The notes beneath the pieces are model-generated. The model made no database searches. It was not told the DNA's origin and was given only the letters and a program-made list of their open reading frames with translations. A stretch of DNA of 23,252 nucleotides from the NCBI RefSeq assembly GCF_006345805.1, contig NW_021837009.1, forward strand, positions 1 to 23,252, written 5' to 3'. The position numbers and the translations under genes are program-made. The stretch comes from Octopus sinensis. Taxonomy: Eukaryota. Shown here one piece after another: positions 19,296-23,252 of this stretch. Position 1 is the stretch's first letter, and the number at the start of each line of letters is the position of its first letter.

Positions 19296-19619
19296 AACGA
19301 TTCACACCAGCCGCACATATACGAATAATGTTGTAGGACTAAAGGATATAAATTGACTATCTGGAAATGGCAAAATCTTCAACGAAATATTCAACAATAC
19401 ACAAAGAGACAGTATATTTACATCGTCAACATTGCACACCTGAGAGAAATAAAACCGGCACGAAAATACTTGAAGATTAAATCAAAAACAACGATTACTG
19501 AATCAATGTGGCATCATCATATAACAAATCATGTGTTCAGACGTTCATGTTTTACGAGAAAAGCCATGAGTTCTTGATCGCATATTATATAATTATAGAG
19601 GAAGTATAATAACTGAACT

Positions 19620-20021
19620 AGGCGCAGGAGAGGCTGTGTGGTAAGTAGCTTGCTAACCAACCACATGGTTCCGGGTTCAGTCCCAGTGCATGGCATCTTG
19701 GGCAAGTGTCTTCTGCTATAGCCCTGGGCCGACCAATGCCTTGTGAGTGGATTTGGTAGACGGAAACTGAAAGAAGCTTGTCGTATATATGTATATATAT
19801 ATATGTGTGTGTGTTTGTGTTTGTCCCCCTAGCATTGCTTGACAACCGATGCTGGTGTGTTTACGTCCCCGTCACTTAGCGGTTCGGCAAAAAGAGACCG
19901 ATAGAATAAGTACTGGGCTTACAAAGAATAAGTCCCGGGGTCGATTTGCTCGACTAAAGGCGGTGCTCCAGCATGGCCGCAGTCAAATGACTGAAACAAG
20001 TAAAAGAGTAAAGAATAAAGA
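19620..20021 (+). mobile_element. tRNA-derived CORE-like SINE family C, full length, with internal (TA)/(TG) repeat
   Basis: A-box-like GGCTGTGTGG, B-box GGGTTCAGTCCC (19673-19684), CORE-like CTTGGGCAAGTGTCTT, LINE-like 3' tail. Confidence 0.92.
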
Positions 20022-20467
20022 GATGTTTCTCGGGAAAAGATGTACCATCTTTTGCACCTACTTCTCCCAAGCTAATTTATTTCCCTGGAGTGGAAACATG
20101 TCTAGAATTTCCCTTTAGATGACAACAGTAAAAGATGACGAGCTGCTGCTGTTTTTGTAGGAGTTGTTTTGAGATCGTATAATGTTTGCGTTTAATACAT
20201 GCCAAATTGTGGCTGTCTGTAACTCTGTTGTTCTTCATGTCGTTACTTTCTTATTAAATCTGTTTTCGTGCGTCCAAGAATTTTGGAGGATATTCGCTGC
20301 AAAAACCTTTGTGATTTGCCCTTTTGCCCGCAATAGAAAAACACGCGTTTATCTTTAAAAAAATATATAAGCAAAAAACCGCCAATCACTTCATTATCGA
20401 CAGCTAAGTTTATTAAATCATTTGAAAATCTTTGTTGGTAAAAAGAGAAATAGAACCCCCACCTTGC

Positions 20468-20496
20468 TAATAATAACAATAATAATAATAATAATG

Positions 20497-20529
<33 letters not shown>

Positions 20530-20569
20530 TAATAATAATAATAATAATGTTAATAATAATGTTAATAAT

Positions 20570-20633
<64 letters not shown>

Positions 20634-20716
20634 GTGATGATGATGATGGTAATGATGATGATGATGATGATAATGATGGTGATGATGATGATGATGATGA
20701 TGAAGATGATGATGAA
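20468..20716. repeat. (AAT)n grading into (GAT)n
   Basis: Read directly. Confidence 0.97.
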
Positions 20717-20779
20717 ATTGCGTAATGTTAATAGCAGAATTACGAAAGTTAATGAGATGCAAGGTGGCTGACATATATT

Positions 20780-20784
20780 TTACA

Positions 20785-20825
<41 letters not shown>

Positions 20826-20922
20826 ACACACACACGCACACACAGACACACATGCACACTCACTCACGCATGCACACACATGCACACACATGCACACACA
20901 ATCACACACATACACACCACGA

Positions 20923-20956
<34 letters not shown>

Positions 20957-21382
20957 ATATATATATACATATGCATCCGTATGCATGTGTGTATATATAT
21001 ATATATGTATGTATGTATGTATGTTTGTATGTATGTATATATATTTGTATGCAAATAAGCTGTCTCCTGTTGTGTGTATACGCATATATACACATGCATG
21101 TATAAAATTTGTATGCAGATTTCGAAGTACAGAATTAACTTTTTCCTCTCAATCAAACACCACTTACGCCACCCCCGCCAAACTAAAGAAAAAAAAAGAA
21201 CAAAAGCTAATTGACCCCCGCCACTTCGTAGCAACACCCGATACTCGGAAAAAATTCTGGTTCATTAAGTAGATCAATTAAGTGAATCAATGAATACTAA
21301 TGAATTGATAGTTATATTGGCAAAAATCATATATAAGAAGACATCACATCGAATGATGAACTGATAGGAATTGGATGGATGA

Positions 21383-21428
<46 letters not shown>

Positions 21429-21436
21429 AATATATA

Positions 21437-21482
<46 letters not shown>

Positions 21483-21720
21483 AAAATAATGTATATAATA
21501 TGCAATATATATATATATATAATATTATATATATATATATATGCATATATATACATATAATATTATGGTTTTATCTCTAATTTAATTTATATATATATAT
21601 GTATATATATATTTATATAAATGAATATATATATATGTATGCATATGTATATATATATGTGCATATGTATGTATGCATGTATGTATGTATATGCATATAT
21701 ATATGCATATATGTGCGTAT
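20780..21720. repeat. (CA)n, (TA)n and (TATG)n fields with unique interruptions
   Basis: Read directly. Confidence 0.9.
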
Positions 21721-22530
21721 GTTTGTATGATTGTATGTGCATGTGTGTGCTGTCTATTACAGCATATCTTGTGCAGCATTATTGGTATAGAGGGGGAACC
21801 GGCTGCATAGACAGGTCTCCTATACTAACCCTGCCCAGGGCTGTGCTCTGTATCTATGTATCTGCTTATTGACCTGTCTGTGTGTCTGCATCTCTCCCTC
21901 TGTCTCTCTCTCTCTCTATCTATTTATCTATGTACTAGCTAGCTAGCTATCCATACGTCTATCTGTCTATCTACAAATATGCATATATATGTACATATAT
22001 ACGTATATGCATGCATAGATTGACGCATAAATATGTACATACAAACATGCATACATACATACATGCATACATACATCCACACGCACATGCACATACATGC
22101 TTCACAAAGGTAGCTAGAGAGCTCCCACCCATACTTTTATGTGTACGGACATGGCCTGGCGTTTACATGTTGTTCATGTAATACGTAGAGGCCATGTCTA
22201 CCAAATGCTAGATTAAGTATTTAAATGCCTCAAATGACATGTTTTCGCTTCGAGAAATATAGCTTTCAGAATTGATGCCGTCCATTTGATTTTGAAATGT
22301 CTGAGTACACAAGCGCCCTCACGCACGCAGACACACACAGAGATACACACACACATACAAACAGACATATATTTATGTAGAAACATGTGTAGGTTTATTT
22401 GAAACCATGTATGTGTGTGTGCGTGTATATATATATATATATATGTATGAAGGAATTAATGTAATGCTATGATATTTCGTAATAATCATTATCATTATTA
22501 ATGATATATATATATATATTTTTTTTTTTT

Positions 22531-22868
22531 AAGACCCCCTTCGGTCACGACACAGACCATGGGATTGCACCTAGAACGTTACCCTCCTAGACACAAGTCC
22601 GGTCAAGGTTGTTTATGGAAGACCAGCAGTCGCCCATGCATACCAGCCTCCCCTCTCCACGCCACCAATGTTATCCAAGGGAAAGACAAAGGTCGATACA
22701 GCTTGGCACCAGTGACGTCGCAACTCATTTCTACAGCTGAGTGAACTGGAGCAACGTGAAATAAAGTGTCTTGCTCGAGAACACAACACGCAGCCCGGTC
22801 CGGGATTCGAGCTCACAACCTCACGATCGTAAGTTCGACGCTCTAACCACTGAGCCATGCGCCTTCAC
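22531..22868 (-). mobile_element. tRNA-derived CORE-SINE family D, intact, inserted in (TA)n
   Basis: Minus-strand A-box TGGCTCAGTGGTTAGAG (22841-22857), B-box GAGCTCGAATCCC (22802-22814); 22723-22784 aligns to the MIR CORE (GAGCAAGACACTTT..CCAGTTCACTCAGCTGTAGAAATGAG vs GGGCAAGTCACTTA..TCAGTTTCCTCATCTGTAAAATGGG); A tail at 22519-22530. Confidence 0.93.
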
Positions 22869-22962
22869 TATATATATATATATTATATATATATATATAT
22901 TATATATATATATATGGTGAGAGAGAGAGAAAGAAAAGACATACATGCATATATATATAATA

Positions 22963-22967
22963 TAGAT

Positions 22968-23003
<36 letters not shown>

Positions 23004-23013
23004 GTAGATAGAG

Positions 23014-23052
<39 letters not shown>

Positions 23053-23115
23053 GAGATAGATAGATAGATAGATAGATAGATAGGCAGACAGACAGACAGA
23101 TAGTTAGGTAGACAG
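22963..23115. repeat. (GATA)n grading into (GACA)n
   Basis: Read directly. Confidence 0.97.
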
Positions 23116-23252
23116 ATAGACTGATAGGGATACGTATGTGTATGTGGGTGGGTGTATATACATATATAAGTGTATAAATACATACAGACATACACACAAT
23201 AGACTTTACGAAGTGGCTTTGTCTCACGGTCCCGTCAAACATTTAATTCCCC

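Noticed and set aside
21165-21225. Repeated ACCCCCGCCA GC-box-like motifs (also 10198-10214)
   Set aside because: No promoter context or CpG island; isolated short motifs are not supportable as regulatory sites.
22790-22868. tRNA gene (also considered 17040-17114)
   Set aside because: A and B boxes are present but no complete cloverleaf; the sequence continues into a SINE body.
3400-23242. Dozens of ORFs rich in YI, HT, CV, LSIY, poly-L/I/R/M/N
   Set aside because: They are translations of di-, tri- and tetranucleotide microsatellites with no domain content.

Overview
Eukaryotic, AT-rich, non-coding genomic DNA packed with microsatellites and transposon relics. The SINE types and repeat load resemble an octopod cephalopod (Octopus-like) intron or intergenic region; this is inference, not verified. 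No host protein-coding gene is supported: the supplied ORFs are microsatellite translations, SINE read-through or LINE debris. Recognisable content: four tRNA-derived SINE families (two with a CORE-like domain), fragments of three LINE types (RTE, CR1/L2-group, R4/Dong-like RLE), a probable Helentron/DINE-1-like element, a ~34-bp minisatellite and large simple-repeat fields. The main discovery is a cluster of eight type I hammerhead-ribozyme motifs in the first 7 kb, mostly in short elements wedged between (TA)n tracts, with the palindromic stem III typical of Penelope-like elements and retrozymes. One near-intact motif (727-790) lies in a 558-bp unit arranged as direct and inverted repeats. 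One family (3327-3368, 6969-7011) carries a compensatory U3-A8 swap of the catalytic C3-G8 pair in both copies. All alignments and folds were done by eye.
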